IMG/VR virus record: IMGVR_UViG_3300025936_000023
Location: 5,622 to 69,621 of that record
Strand: one strand, 5' to 3'
From: a virus
Lineage: Duplodnaviria; Caudoviricetes
Length of the DNA stretch: 64,000 nucleotides
Within the stretch, counting starts at the first letter, position 1. Each line of letters starts with the position of its first letter. The translations under genes and the position numbers were made by a program. The notes below the pieces were generated by a model, which saw nothing but the letters and a program-made list of their open reading frames with translations, ran no database searches and was not told the origin of the DNA. Below, piece after piece: positions 29,201 through 38,850 of this stretch.

Positions 29201-31923
29201 GCTTCATCGAAGACCACAAGCGCCGCTTTGCCTCCGTCACTCTCGGCGAGAGCGGCCAGATCGTCGCCAACGCCCAGCACACCAAGAAGTATATGGACAG
29301 CGTGCGCGAGGCGGCGGCGACCGTCCTCAAGAACCTGCAAACCTGGATGCACGACGTCGACGTGCAGATGACGAGCTTCGGCGGCGTCAGCATCGAGCAC
29401 AGCGGAGACTGGTGGCAGGTGAGGGGCGCGAACGGTGTGCAGCAGGCGTTCAAGAGCGCCGAGGAAGCCCTGAGCTTCGCGGAAGCGCTGATGGTGAGGT
29501 TCGGCGAGTTCGCCGGTAGTGTGCCATCGCTTGTGCGAGCGGCAATCGAGGGCACCAACGCCCTCGGCGATCTCAACATGGATCAGATCACGAGCAACGT
29601 GCAATTTGCTCGCACCCTGCTGACGCAAAACATGGAGCAGGTAGCGAGCGCTATGCAGGACGCCACTGACCTCTTCGTCAGCCAGATGCGCCGGTCGTTC
29701 GACCTCTTCGCCAGCGCCGGCCACCTCAACGCCGCCGCCCTCAGTGAAGCTACCGGCAGCGCGATTCTATACTTCACCAACTCGCTGCAATCGCTCTACG
29801 ACCAGCTCACCGGCCACAAAGAAGACGCCAAGGAGGCTGCCGAGCGCCAGCGCACCGCCTACAACGCCCAGCGCGCTATCACCATCGCCCAGATCACCTT
29901 GCTGTACGAGGAGATCAAGGCTCGCATTGCGCTGCTGCAAGTGCAGATCGCGGCAATAGCCGTGATGCGAGAGTCTGGCGTTCACGGTGGTGGCGGATTT
30001 GGTGGTGGGTCTGGTCAGGCCGGCGGCGGTGGTTATGTCGGCGGCGGTGGCGGCGGCGGTGCCAGCCCGGATTTCTATGCGTGGGGTGCGTTCTTTGGCG
30101 GGCTGTTCAAGGGTGGCGGCGTTCTATTGCAGGACAGTCGCAACCCGACCAACGATCCGCAGCTGGCAGCGCTTCTCCAAGTGCTCGACAACCTCGCTCG
30201 CGCCCTCGCCGGCTTGCCGCCTGAAATCGCACCTGGCGGCGTTAAGCCAGGTCGTGGCGGTCGTGGTGGCGGCCAGCGCGATGCCGTTCGCGACTTCATC
30301 AAGGACCAGCAGTTTCAGCTCGCACAGGCCGGCCGCTCGCCGATCCAGCAAGAGTTGGAGAACATCCACCGCCAGTACCAGGAGCAGCTCGACGCCGCGG
30401 GCAAGAACGTGGCCCTTCGTCAGCAACTCCTCGACCTGGAGCGCCAGTCCGTCGTCGCCGCTATCGCCCGCAACCAGGCCGAGGTCAAGGACCGCTTCAA
30501 CGAGATCGTCGGCAACAACACCGCGCTCGTCCAGCTCCACAAGCACTTCGCCGACATGAGAAAGGACATCATCGAGGCCGGCTTCAGCGCTGGCGACACC
30601 GCCGACATGCTGGGCCGACTCGCCGCCGCCGAAGACGCCGCCGTGGCCGCATTGCAAACCGACGTCGAGCAGCGTCTCGCCGACATGGTTGCCGGCCAGG
30701 CCAACCCGTTCGCCGACTTGCACAAGAAGTTCGCGGCGATGCGCAAGGACATTCTCGACGCGGGCTTCGCCGCCGACAAGGCCGCTCGCCTGGTCGCCGA
30801 GCTGACCACCGCTGAGGCCGCTGCCGTCCACACGCTGTCGCTGCAAACGGCCGGCGACCTGCTGGGCAGTCTTGCCCAGTACATCCAGGACGAGGGCGTG
30901 CGAGCCGAGTTCTTGACGGCGCAGGCGCAGATCAAGTTCGAGCTGGACATGGCGAACTACCGCATCCAGTTCGAGATCCTGAAGGCCAACGGCGACCTGT
31001 CGCAGGCGGTGCTCGATAAGCTCCAGAAGGCGTTCGACTACGTCGACGCCCATCCGCCGGTGTTCGGCGCACCGAGCGGCTCAACCGGCGACAACGGCAG
31101 CGGCTACTGGCAGATCGGCAGCGACGGCAAGTGGCACTGGCTCACGACCGGCGACGGCGGCGGCAGCGGCACCGCCGACGACCCGGCTGCTCGCGCTCGC
31201 GACTTGCTCAACCAGTACCACAACGAGGGCCTCAACGCCTGGGAGCAGGCGCTCAAGAAGCTCAACGACGACTTCGACAGCATCCGCCTCGCCCTAGGCA
31301 ACACGCCCGAGGTGATGGCTGAGTACGCGGCTGCCCTAGAGCGCCTCCGCCAGCAGTTCCTCGCTGGCATCCGCAGCTTCTACGAAGAACTGACCACCGG
31401 CGACCCGATGGGCGGCAGCGGCCGTCAGCAGTTTGCCGCCGCGCAAGCCCGCTACCAGCAGCTGCTAGCAGTCGTTCAGGGCGGCGATCTCAGCCAAGCG
31501 GATGCACTAGAAGGCGCCGCTCGTCGCTACCTCGACCTCGCCGGCAGCATGTTCGGCACCTCAACGCTCGGCTACACCGGCATCCGCGACCAGATCACTC
31601 AGCAATTGGCCGCGCTGCTTGGCATCAACACGGTCGGCGGTGGCAACGTCATCGGCGGGCCGCAGTGGTTCACTCAGGGCGTGCAGTCGCAGTTGTCAGC
31701 GCTGTCGTCGATCAACACGCAGTCGGTAGCACAGGTGGCGGCGACGGCCAACGTGGCCACTGTCGTCGACATTGCTAGTCGCCGCCAGGAGAGCAAGCTC
31801 GACGCGATGATCGAGCGACTGGACTCTCTAATTGCTCTCGGCGAGGCCGAGTCGGCAACCACTACGACAAGCACTATCGTGGCCGGCGACAGTCGGTCGG
31901 CGCCGGTATTCAGGCGCGGTTAG
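26239..31923 (+). CDS. Tape measure protein (1894 aa, TP901-type core)
   Basis: Long helical Ala-rich ORF; TGKGPQELAEGFYFIASAG, AKASAVG, AADILFATVREG. Confidence 0.93.
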   Translation: MNVGTVEVLLQLRDKLTAELNNSVARSTTALTKLTGEIRKTENAIAKQQAAVEKAGRSHRAAADDVDRFGRQIRTTLVHVAAAAAAYKLLAAAVTAVSNQVELVRTFEKIENVTGVTRGEVDRLRSSLNDLSTSTGKGPQELAEGFYFIASAGLKGAEATEVLTAAAKASAVGLGETKDIARSITAAINAYGAENLSAAKAADILFATVREGGAEASEVAGVFGRVVGIASQLGVSFAEVGSFIATFTRLGVGADEAVTALRGSITAMLTPTRAQEAALKALGLSMAELKQQVRERGLTAALIDLVKAGKGNEDIIGAIIPNVRSLAGVLATAGSQAEAYREVTDKVTKSTGDLGRAFDDVKQSASFKWDQLKAQFEQLSLTLGEALLPGVQAFGAALAGLDRGELAQFGENAATALRGLAEIVSLLVAHLDTLQALVVGLAAIKLGSALSAWVTGLGEAAVAARVATSSTAALGASIGALAGPIAVAVAAGFYLNNKIKEWARDSLAEIANVVTETNKAGGQLQRLLTAHRGGELSGADVTQAKDDYAAAEVAAHKYRTEIDKLNESLKQTAPGQRWVIQKQIDDNERLLHAEEGRMRAARQVVQVGEQQRRVIDGMAEGWGKVGGSIKIPSAEAERYGQRLGEVTKRWSDQLAVARQALATAKATFAFKVGADGTGAELADERELSQEKRIQLEIDRRIAAVENDKHKAGAALRAAITAQVAEEIRLNDAAKDFVSLTAEVGKVIKFNTVWQGKLRDLIRDSNARLGDDMTARVANGFNAQNNALTKQLGLARELLSAWTKGGDIAARAVTIQQDTYERSKGLVSLTDDEAAALAKVADEQDRINYLISKVAELSRPAWAVYLDAAFNAIGAIGDALSDVIVQAAMKGKVDWESVWESLKSSLIKIFADMLADMLKRWIATQLAMRAASQSINGGSALGGAASAGSSGAGGAISSAGSAGGSSGASAGTLAGWAVAAFALYVVYKGFIEDHKRRFASVTLGESGQIVANAQHTKKYMDSVREAAATVLKNLQTWMHDVDVQMTSFGGVSIEHSGDWWQVRGANGVQQAFKSAEEALSFAEALMVRFGEFAGSVPSLVRAAIEGTNALGDLNMDQITSNVQFARTLLTQNMEQVASAMQDATDLFVSQMRRSFDLFASAGHLNAAALSEATGSAILYFTNSLQSLYDQLTGHKEDAKEAAERQRTAYNAQRAITIAQITLLYEEIKARIALLQVQIAAIAVMRESGVHGGGGFGGGSGQAGGGGYVGGGGGGGASPDFYAWGAFFGGLFKGGGVLLQDSRNPTNDPQLAALLQVLDNLARALAGLPPEIAPGGVKPGRGGRGGGQRDAVRDFIKDQQFQLAQAGRSPIQQELENIHRQYQEQLDAAGKNVALRQQLLDLERQSVVAAIARNQAEVKDRFNEIVGNNTALVQLHKHFADMRKDIIEAGFSAGDTADMLGRLAAAEDAAVAALQTDVEQRLADMVAGQANPFADLHKKFAAMRKDILDAGFAADKAARLVAELTTAEAAAVHTLSLQTAGDLLGSLAQYIQDEGVRAEFLTAQAQIKFELDMANYRIQFEILKANGDLSQAVLDKLQKAFDYVDAHPPVFGAPSGSTGDNGSGYWQIGSDGKWHWLTTGDGGGSGTADDPAARARDLLNQYHNEGLNAWEQALKKLNDDFDSIRLALGNTPEVMAEYAAALERLRQQFLAGIRSFYEELTTGDPMGGSGRQQFAAAQARYQQLLAVVQGGDLSQADALEGAARRYLDLAGSMFGTSTLGYTGIRDQITQQLAALLGINTVGGGNVIGGPQWFTQGVQSQLSALSSINTQSVAQVAATANVATVVDIASRRQESKLDAMIERLDSLIALGEAESATTTTSTIVAGDSRSAPVFRRG

Positions 31924-31928
31924 CCACT

Positions 31929-34193
31929 ATGTCGTTCGCAACCTTCATCGCCTCGCATGTCCTCGTCGCCGACTACGGTGATTGGCTCGTCGAGTTCGAC
32001 CTGCTCGACCCTGCCGACGCCGCCTACGTCGCGCGCTTCTCCTCGCACGGCACTGTCGTCACCCCCACGGCCATCACCGTCGACGACATTACCATCCCGG
32101 CCAACACCCCGTTTCGCAAGCGACTGCTCTCGGCGCCAACCTGGACGCAATCGCTCTGGTCGCAAGGCACCATTCTCGCCCGCTCCTTCCCCAACTACGG
32201 CAGCGCGATCCTCAACAATCGCGACGGCGGCCTCGACTATCTCCATCCTCGCAACGGCTGGAAGTGGGTTGACCGCCGCGCTCGCGTCTACTTCGGCCCC
32301 GGCCGCAAGCCGCGGTCGCTCGCCGCTGACATCGCCAAGACGGTCGACGCCACCATGGACCGTCCGCTGTTTAAACTATCGACCGTTGAAGTCCCGCTGC
32401 TCGGCTACGAGTCCCGCTTCGACCAAGTCTCCTCCAAGCGCGTCTATCGCGGCACCAACTACATGTTGTCGCTGTCGGGCGTCAAGCAGGTCGACTACGG
32501 CACTCCCTCGGCCGTCGACCTAACCGGCGACATGTCGGCCGAGGGCTGGCTGTGGCTCAACTCCGGCATGGTGGGCTCGTCGACGCCGATCTGGGGCTGG
32601 CTCGGCGGCGCCGCCTACCCGTGGCGGCTCACCCTCACCAGCGACTTGAAGCTGCGGCTCTCGGCTACCATCGGCGGCACGACCGAAACCGTCACCACCG
32701 CTGCCACCCTCGACTTCTTCGGCTTCTACCACATCAGCTTCGACATCGACGGCCGCGACGTCACTTTCACGATCTTCAACGACGCCACGCTAACCACCAC
32801 CACCGAGACCTTCACCAACGCCTTCAGCAACGCCACCCGCGACGTCCATTCCGGCGCTACGTACAAGTTCGGCAGCAGCGACACCACGCTTGTCGTCTTC
32901 GGCGACGAGATGCGAGTGTGGGGTGAGAGCCGCGACAGCACTGCCCACGCCGCCGACCGTTTCCGCGAGTTCGGCGACGACGCTATCCCGGCCAGCCTCG
33001 TCCACTACGCGCGCATGAACGATGGCACCGGCACTGCCGTCACCGACAGCAGCGCCACGGCCGCCCACGGCACGATCACCGGCGCCGGCATCGCGACCTG
33101 GCTGTGGGCTTACGAGGGCACAGCCGAACTCGCCGGCACACCCAAGCCGGACCTCTGGGGCATCCAGTTCGGCGTCGCCCCGGTCCTCGTCGACCACGCC
33201 GACAACGGCTACCAGATTGCCGGCGACGGCTCCATCGAAGAGATCGTCGAGGTGCGCGAAGGCGGCTACAACAACTACGTCTACGACGGCGACTCGTCGA
33301 GCTTCTTCAACTTCATCACTGCCGCAGTCGCCAACGGGCACGTGCTCACCTACTTGGCGCGCGGCTTATACCGCCTCGGTGCGTCGCCGACCCTGCCGCT
33401 GTCCGTCAAAGCCAAGGGCTACAACAACGGCGCCAACGGCTACGTCGAGGCCCCCGGCGACATCTTGGTCGACATGGCGCAGCGTCGCGGCCCGCAACTC
33501 TCGCCCGCCTCCGGCTTCGACGACGCCAGCATCGCCGCCTTCAATGCCGCCATCAGCGTCCCCATCGCCGGCATCTACTTGCCGCAGCCGGTAAACCTCA
33601 TGGACGTCTTTGACACGCTGGCCAAGTCTGGCGCCGGCTGGTGGGGCTACTTGCGCGGCGCGACAAAACTCCGCATGGCCCGCTACACCGGCCCGGCCGC
33701 GACCGCCGACCACGCCTTCGACAAGCGCCACATCGTCGACGAGCCGCGCGAGATCGCCTGGCAGCCGGTCGGCGAAGTGATCGTCCGCTACCACCACAAC
33801 GACGTCGCGCTCACCGAGGACCAAGTCGCCGACGAGATCAAGGGGACGGCCGCTCAGCAGCGAGTGATGGCCGAGTGGCTGGAAGAGAAGCGCGGCGAGC
33901 CGGCAGCCGGCAAACGCTCAATCGTCGTTGAGACCGCGCTGTACGTGCAACCGGCGGCAGCGGAGCTGGCCGACGACTTGTACGCGACGCTTCAAGGCGA
34001 GAAGCAAGGGTGGGCGGTGACGGTGAAGGCCGACGGGCTGATCGTCAGCATGGGTGAGACCGTCACGTTGGCATGGGTTGACCAGTTCGGCAACAACCGG
34101 CTCGGCCTCGACGGCAGCGAGAAGTACGTGGTGTTGACGGTTGCCGATCAGCGGCAAGATGGTAAAGTGGCGCTAGAGGTGTTGTCGGCGTAG
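31929..34193 (+). CDS. Tail tip/hub protein with inserted LamG-like domain
   Basis: After tape measure; internal MSAEGW, YHISF, DEMRVW, LVHYARMNDGTGT..TDSS..HGTI. Confidence 0.7.
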   Translation: MSFATFIASHVLVADYGDWLVEFDLLDPADAAYVARFSSHGTVVTPTAITVDDITIPANTPFRKRLLSAPTWTQSLWSQGTILARSFPNYGSAILNNRDGGLDYLHPRNGWKWVDRRARVYFGPGRKPRSLAADIAKTVDATMDRPLFKLSTVEVPLLGYESRFDQVSSKRVYRGTNYMLSLSGVKQVDYGTPSAVDLTGDMSAEGWLWLNSGMVGSSTPIWGWLGGAAYPWRLTLTSDLKLRLSATIGGTTETVTTAATLDFFGFYHISFDIDGRDVTFTIFNDATLTTTTETFTNAFSNATRDVHSGATYKFGSSDTTLVVFGDEMRVWGESRDSTAHAADRFREFGDDAIPASLVHYARMNDGTGTAVTDSSATAAHGTITGAGIATWLWAYEGTAELAGTPKPDLWGIQFGVAPVLVDHADNGYQIAGDGSIEEIVEVREGGYNNYVYDGDSSSFFNFITAAVANGHVLTYLARGLYRLGASPTLPLSVKAKGYNNGANGYVEAPGDILVDMAQRRGPQLSPASGFDDASIAAFNAAISVPIAGIYLPQPVNLMDVFDTLAKSGAGWWGYLRGATKLRMARYTGPAATADHAFDKRHIVDEPREIAWQPVGEVIVRYHHNDVALTEDQVADEIKGTAAQQRVMAEWLEEKRGEPAAGKRSIVVETALYVQPAAAELADDLYATLQGEKQGWAVTVKADGLIVSMGETVTLAWVDQFGNNRLGLDGSEKYVVLTVADQRQDGKVALEVLSA

Positions 34194-34218
34194 CCGAATC
34201 AGAGTAGCGAGGGACAAT

Positions 34219-35661
34219 ATGAGCTTACGCGGTCCGGCATTCATCCTCTCCAACACCGTCGGCCTGCCGGCGTCGACGGTCGCCATTCGCCGCGCTGCCG
34301 ACGCCGCCTACGTCCCTTCCGCTCTCGGCCCTGAATGGCTCAAGACCGAGGAGCCCACCGAGATCGCCCGCATCACGACCGTCCACCCCAGCATCACCGG
34401 CTGGTCGGTCGTCTTCGGCGCGCTCCGCAACATCGGCGGCGTCGCACTCGTCAATTCGTCGCTGTCGCCCGGCGGTCTATACCGTTATGCGTTCGGCCCC
34501 GACGACGCCAACGCCTACGCCAAGACCTCCATCGTGCCTACCTCCATCGTCTCCAGCTCTAACGCAGCCGGCGTCGTCGCCGACGTCGACGAGGGTACCG
34601 TCTCGCCCGACTCGACCTATATCTCGCCGGCAACGACCGACCTGCCGTGGACGGTGCGGCTTGGCTTCCCCACCCCGCCGGCCGTCGTCTATCGGACCGG
34701 CGCCAACCACTGCTACGTGGCGGCGTTTATTGCCCTCGCCGGCACGTCGGGACCGATCAACTACTACCCGGCCGTCACCGTGACGCTCTACCAGGGCACC
34801 ACGCTCATCACCGTCCTGGGCACCCGCGCCGTCACAAAGACAGCCGGCCAGCTCATGGTGTTCCCGTTCGACTTCGCCTTGCTCCCGACGACAAGCGGTG
34901 CGAGCCTGCGCGTCGAGTTTGCCTTCACGGCCGGCCAGAACTCAGTCGTCACGCCGACGCCCTACGGCAAGCTCGACGCCACCGACATCTGGCTGTACTC
35001 GACCGGCGGCAGCCTCACCCACGACAGCGGCTGGCTCACTTCGCCATCAGTCGACTTCCCCGACGACGACCCGGCGCCCTCAACTCATCTCCCGTACTTC
35101 CCGCCCACCGAACTCGTCAACGTCGGCTCGATGACGGTGAGCATCATGGACGACCAGCTCGCCCACGCGCCCACCGTCTATGCCGGCGTCGGCGTCTTGC
35201 CCGGCAACGCGAACGAGGACTTCTACACCGGCGTGGTCGACGCAGGCGTGCTGGTGGCCGGCCCGCTGCTAGTGCTCGGCGGTGCGGCCGGCAGTCCTGG
35301 CATCGCTCTCGCCGACACTCCCGGCGGCGGCATCATTGTCGAGCAGATCGGCGGCGCCACCGTCGGCGGTCAAACCTACAGCGCCGACGCTTTCCGCCGC
35401 CGCGGACTCTCGGTGCAGCTCACCGTCACTCGCGACGAGCTACTGACGCTCCAGGACCGCATCGCGTGGCGCCGCGGCAAGGCCGGCGCGTTCTTCTTCA
35501 GTGCCGAGCCTGACATCCCGCTCGCCAAGCAGCGGTTCACTAGCAGCTGGTACACGCTGGCGTCGATGACGGACCCGACGCGGCTGCCGGGAACGGCGTA
35601 TGACGGCGGCGATGGTAGCATGCTGTATGTCGTTACCTTGACGTTCGAGGAGAAGCTGTAG
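34219..35661 (+). CDS. Tail tip protein (Dit-like, with insertion)
   Basis: Position; Thr/Pro-rich beta insert; C-terminal RRRGLSVQL...GKAGAFFF. Confidence 0.6.
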   Translation: MSLRGPAFILSNTVGLPASTVAIRRAADAAYVPSALGPEWLKTEEPTEIARITTVHPSITGWSVVFGALRNIGGVALVNSSLSPGGLYRYAFGPDDANAYAKTSIVPTSIVSSSNAAGVVADVDEGTVSPDSTYISPATTDLPWTVRLGFPTPPAVVYRTGANHCYVAAFIALAGTSGPINYYPAVTVTLYQGTTLITVLGTRAVTKTAGQLMVFPFDFALLPTTSGASLRVEFAFTAGQNSVVTPTPYGKLDATDIWLYSTGGSLTHDSGWLTSPSVDFPDDDPAPSTHLPYFPPTELVNVGSMTVSIMDDQLAHAPTVYAGVGVLPGNANEDFYTGVVDAGVLVAGPLLVLGGAAGSPGIALADTPGGGIIVEQIGGATVGGQTYSADAFRRRGLSVQLTVTRDELLTLQDRIAWRRGKAGAFFFSAEPDIPLAKQRFTSSWYTLASMTDPTRLPGTAYDGGDGSMLYVVTLTFEEKL

Positions 35662-35721
35662 ACTGTGGGCTGTAAGCCACAAGCCGTGAGCGCAGTGAGC
35701 AGTTAACTGGCGCCTGAAGGG

Positions 35722-36234
35722 GTGAGAATGAATGAGGTACGAGACATGGGCCGCGAGCCGAACCTCGACGACACGCACAACGGCCATTCAGACCCGCTGG
35801 CGGATGCCGACACAATGCGTCTCGACCCGCTGCCGTGGCCGCCTCCTAAGCGCCACTTCGACAGGGTACGACAGATCATGAGCGGCCGAGTGCAATCGCG
35901 GCCGCGCGAGGCTGAGGTTCAGCCGTTGACCAGGGTGCCTGGGTGGCTCACCGGACTGGCGTGCAGTGCCTTGGTGATCGCCGGCACGCAGACAGGCTAT
36001 CTGATTTATAGGATCAGCCATTACGACACCGTCGAGACCCAGACCAAGGACCGCTTCAGCGATATCTATGACGACCTGCGAGCACAAGATCAGTACAACC
36101 AGCTAGTCACTATCTACGAAAACAAGGTGCAGCAGCTGCTCATCGAGCGGGCTAGACTGAAGCCTAGCGAGTTACCGCCGATTCCTGTGCGACCTACACT
36201 CGGCAAGCCGCGTCCTCGACGCGAAGGAGATTGA
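35722..36234 (+). CDS. Single-TM membrane protein, lysis region
   Basis: TM WLTGLACSALVIAGTQTGYLIY; start uncertain. Confidence 0.55.
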   Translation: MRMNEVRDMGREPNLDDTHNGHSDPLADADTMRLDPLPWPPPKRHFDRVRQIMSGRVQSRPREAEVQPLTRVPGWLTGLACSALVIAGTQTGYLIYRISHYDTVETQTKDRFSDIYDDLRAQDQYNQLVTIYENKVQQLLIERARLKPSELPPIPVRPTLGKPRPRREGD

Positions 36235-36455
36235 AAGTCATGGGCGGAGTTCCTTGTTGGAAGCAGGTTATCGACAACTTTAACGCCCTAATTCAACAGG
36301 GCAATTGCATGGCCGAAAGTATCCGCATTGCCGGATCGGTCAACGGGAGCGGCGTCATGCCGACCGACGCTCAGCGAGACCTCTTCATCAAGAAGTCGAG
36401 CGAACTGGCCGACGTGATGGCCGACATTCAGAAGAGCGTTGGCGGCGGTCAGTAG
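36231..36455 (+). CDS. Hypothetical protein
   Basis: TTG after GAAGGAG. Confidence 0.6.
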   Translation: MKVMGGVPCWKQVIDNFNALIQQGNCMAESIRIAGSVNGSGVMPTDAQRDLFIKKSSELADVMADIQKSVGGGQ

Positions 36456-36459
36456 AGCT

Positions 36460-37074
36460 GTGAAGATCGTTCCTCTTACTCGCGGCGTTGTTGCTTGGGT
36501 CGACGACAAGGACTTCAAAGAAGTTGTCGCTCATCGTTGGCACGCTCAGCTTGCGACTAACAACAGGTGGTACGCACGTACTCGTGTTGGCGGCGTCGAA
36601 GTAATGATGCACAACATGATTCTCAAGACGCCGACGGGTTTCCAAGGCGACCACATCAGGCACCGACCGACCACCGATAAGATCGTTGACAATCGAAGGT
36701 CTAACCTGCGAGTAGTGACAGAGACTCAAAATCGTCAAAATCGTCCGCGCAGGGTAGATGCTGGGTCTGCGTTCAAAGGCGTGCGGCCGTTCTCTGGCGG
36801 TCGTGTCGGCGCTGCTGTTCACGCCGTCGGCAGATCGCACCTCCTTGGCATCTATCCTCGCGAAGTAGAGTGCGCCTACGCCTACGACATGGCAGCTCTC
36901 TACTTCTTCGGCGAACACGCCTGCACCAACTTCCCGCTCCAAGGCTCTCGCCACGCGCTGCGTAAGCGGCACGAGCTAACCAAGAGACAAATCGCGGCTG
37001 TGGCGTGGCGAGTGATGCAGCGCCTAGCCGTTACGGACGCAGCGCGCTTGGCTGCGCCTCCTACCGCTGCATGA
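36460..37074 (+). CDS. HNH-AP2 homing endonuclease
   Basis: IVPLTRG..AWVDDKDF, MHNMIL, DHI...DNRRSNLR...N..N, AP2 FKGV...AYDMAALYFFGEHACTNFP. Confidence 0.9.
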   Translation: MKIVPLTRGVVAWVDDKDFKEVVAHRWHAQLATNNRWYARTRVGGVEVMMHNMILKTPTGFQGDHIRHRPTTDKIVDNRRSNLRVVTETQNRQNRPRRVDAGSAFKGVRPFSGGRVGAAVHAVGRSHLLGIYPREVECAYAYDMAALYFFGEHACTNFPLQGSRHALRKRHELTKRQIAAVAWRVMQRLAVTDAARLAAPPTAA

Positions 37075-37544
37075 CACCGCCACCGATGGACGCCACCGAC
37101 CTCGCCAGCGCTCACGCCGTTCTCAGCGACCGTCTCGACAACGAGCTGGCCTCTCTTCGCCGCGAGGTCGATCAGCGGTTTGAGGCTACCGACAAGGCCA
37201 CGAGCGCCGCGCTCGCTGCCGCCGAAAAGGCGACGTCGGCAGCGCTCGCTGCCGCTCAGCGTGCGGTCGAGAAAGCCGAGACAGCGTCCGAGCGTCGGTT
37301 CGACAGCGTGAATGAGTTCCGTTCGACGCTGGCAGACCAGCAGGCGACGCTCATGCCGCGCGCCGAAGCGATCAGCCGCCTCGCCGCTATCGAAGAGAAG
37401 TACGCGGCTCTTAGCTCGCGCATCGACCGTGGCGAGGGCAGAGGCAGTGGACTGAATGCTGGCTGGCTCTACTTGGTGGCTGGTGTTGCGGTGCTCGGCG
37501 GTATACTTGGCATCGTTGCCGCTATCGCAAAGTTTGTCGGCTAG
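37071..37544 (+). CDS. Coiled-coil protein with C-terminal TM
   Basis: RAVEKAETASERRFDSVNEFR; hydrophobic C-terminus. Confidence 0.75.
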   Translation: MTPPPMDATDLASAHAVLSDRLDNELASLRREVDQRFEATDKATSAALAAAEKATSAALAAAQRAVEKAETASERRFDSVNEFRSTLADQQATLMPRAEAISRLAAIEEKYAALSSRIDRGEGRGSGLNAGWLYLVAGVAVLGGILGIVAAIAKFVG

Positions 37545-37559
37545 CGAAAGGAGACTCAA

Positions 37560-37709
37560 ATGACTCTGCTGCTTATTGTCGTGCTGTTGATCGTGCTGCT
37601 CGGTGGCGGCTACGTCGGTCACAAGCAGTGGGGACCGCCTGGCAGCCTCGGCGTCGTGGGCGTAGTCCTCGCCATCGCGCTGCTGCTGTACTTGATCGGC
37701 GTCATTTAG
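37560..37709 (+). CDS. DUF3309-like small two-TM protein (49 aa), not in the ORF track
   Basis: AAAGGAG RBS; LLLIVVLLIVLLGGGYVGHKQWGPPGSLGVVGVVLAIALLLYLIG. Confidence 0.7.
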   Translation: MTLLLIVVLLIVLLGGGYVGHKQWGPPGSLGVVGVVLAIALLLYLIGVI

Positions 37710-37728
37710 AAACCCAAGGAGCCAACGC

Positions 37729-38031
37729 ATGGCTGACGACAACAACGCCTCCCTAACCGAACGCTTCCCCATCCTCGTCTCCGGTGCTGTCGGCCTGGTG
37801 CTCAGCCAGGTCTTCAACACCATCGAGCAGTTCTTCCACTGCTTCACCGTCGAGCAACTGGCCGGCCTCAACAACCTGTCGGGCGCGGTGATCGGCTTGG
37901 CGGTGATGGTGTGGCAGTTCAAGAACGTGTGGAGCAAGGCGAGCGTGGCGAAGGTGCTCGACAAGCACTCGCCAGGGCTGACCACCGCGCAGGCCAAGAC
38001 CATCGCCGACGAGGGCGGCCCGGCGTCATAG
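37729..38031 (+). CDS. Holin candidate (two TM)
   Basis: AAGGAG RBS; two hydrophobic helices; directly upstream of endolysin. Confidence 0.6.
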   Translation: MADDNNASLTERFPILVSGAVGLVLSQVFNTIEQFFHCFTVEQLAGLNNLSGAVIGLAVMVWQFKNVWSKASVAKVLDKHSPGLTTAQAKTIADEGGPAS

Positions 38032-38070
38032 GGCCGCCCGCCGATAGCGGAGTAAGCGGAGTAATCAGCA

Positions 38071-38781
38071 GTGAAGGTCACGGCCGAGCAACTACGGTTC
38101 ATCATGCCGACGCTCCACGAGGAGCGAGCCGCGTTGTGGGCGCCCTACCTCAGCGACGCCATGACGGAGTTCTTCATCTCCACTCCGCCGCGCGCCGCAG
38201 CCTTCCTCGCCCAAGACGCTCACGAGAGTCGCGAACTCTCCGCGCTCGTCGAGTCGATGAACTACAGTGCCGACCGCATGATCGCCGTGTGGCCGTCGCG
38301 GTTCGGCCACCAAAGCGGAGCGACAGCGGCACAGCGGGCGGCCGGTCGCACGCTCGCGGCCAAGCTCGCCCACCAACCCGCCGCGCTTGCCAACTACGTC
38401 TACGGTGCGCGCGGTGGCAACCGGGGCGAGGCGAGCGGCGACGGGTGGTTGTATATCGCGCGAGGGCCGCTGGGCACGACCGGCCGCGCGAACTACGGAG
38501 CGGCCGGCCTCGCGCTAGGACTCCCCCTGCTCGACCATCCTGAACTGTTGGAGCATCCGCAGCACGGTTCACGCGCCGCCGCCTACTTCTGGCAGTCCAA
38601 CGGACTCAACAAGGTCGTCGATGCTGGCGAGTCGGTGGCCGACCGCGACGGGGCGCTCGAAGCCTTCACCGCCTGCAGCAAGGCCGTCAACCTTGGCTCG
38701 CCGACCGCTAAGGGTACACCGCTCGGGATGGCGGAACGGCTGGCGTACTGGCAGCGAGCACGAAAAGCCTTGAGCGCCTAG
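38071..38781 (+). CDS. Endolysin, glycoside hydrolase family 19
   Basis: RAAAFLAQDAHES, VESMNYS, GDGWLY.ARG...TGRANY, YFWQSNGLN; Gln of the usual IQxTG is Gly here. Confidence 0.88.
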   Translation: MKVTAEQLRFIMPTLHEERAALWAPYLSDAMTEFFISTPPRAAAFLAQDAHESRELSALVESMNYSADRMIAVWPSRFGHQSGATAAQRAAGRTLAAKLAHQPAALANYVYGARGGNRGEASGDGWLYIARGPLGTTGRANYGAAGLALGLPLLDHPELLEHPQHGSRAAAYFWQSNGLNKVVDAGESVADRDGALEAFTACSKAVNLGSPTAKGTPLGMAERLAYWQRARKALSA

Positions 38782-38821
38782 ACCGTCTACAGAGCAAAGG
38801 AGAACACCGACATGCAAGCAC

Positions 38822-38850
38822 TTGACGCGGTCGCCACATCGTGTGATACT
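38822..38850 (+). promoter_or_regulatory. Sigma70-type promoter downstream of endolysin
   Basis: TTGACG (38822-38827), 17 nt, TG-n-GATACT (38845-38850). Confidence 0.55.

Noticed and set aside
27397-29724. 775 aa minus-strand ORF and many other long overlapping ORFs
   Set aside because: Shadow frames opposite or within well-supported genes, expected from GC-rich codon bias; no RBS or motifs
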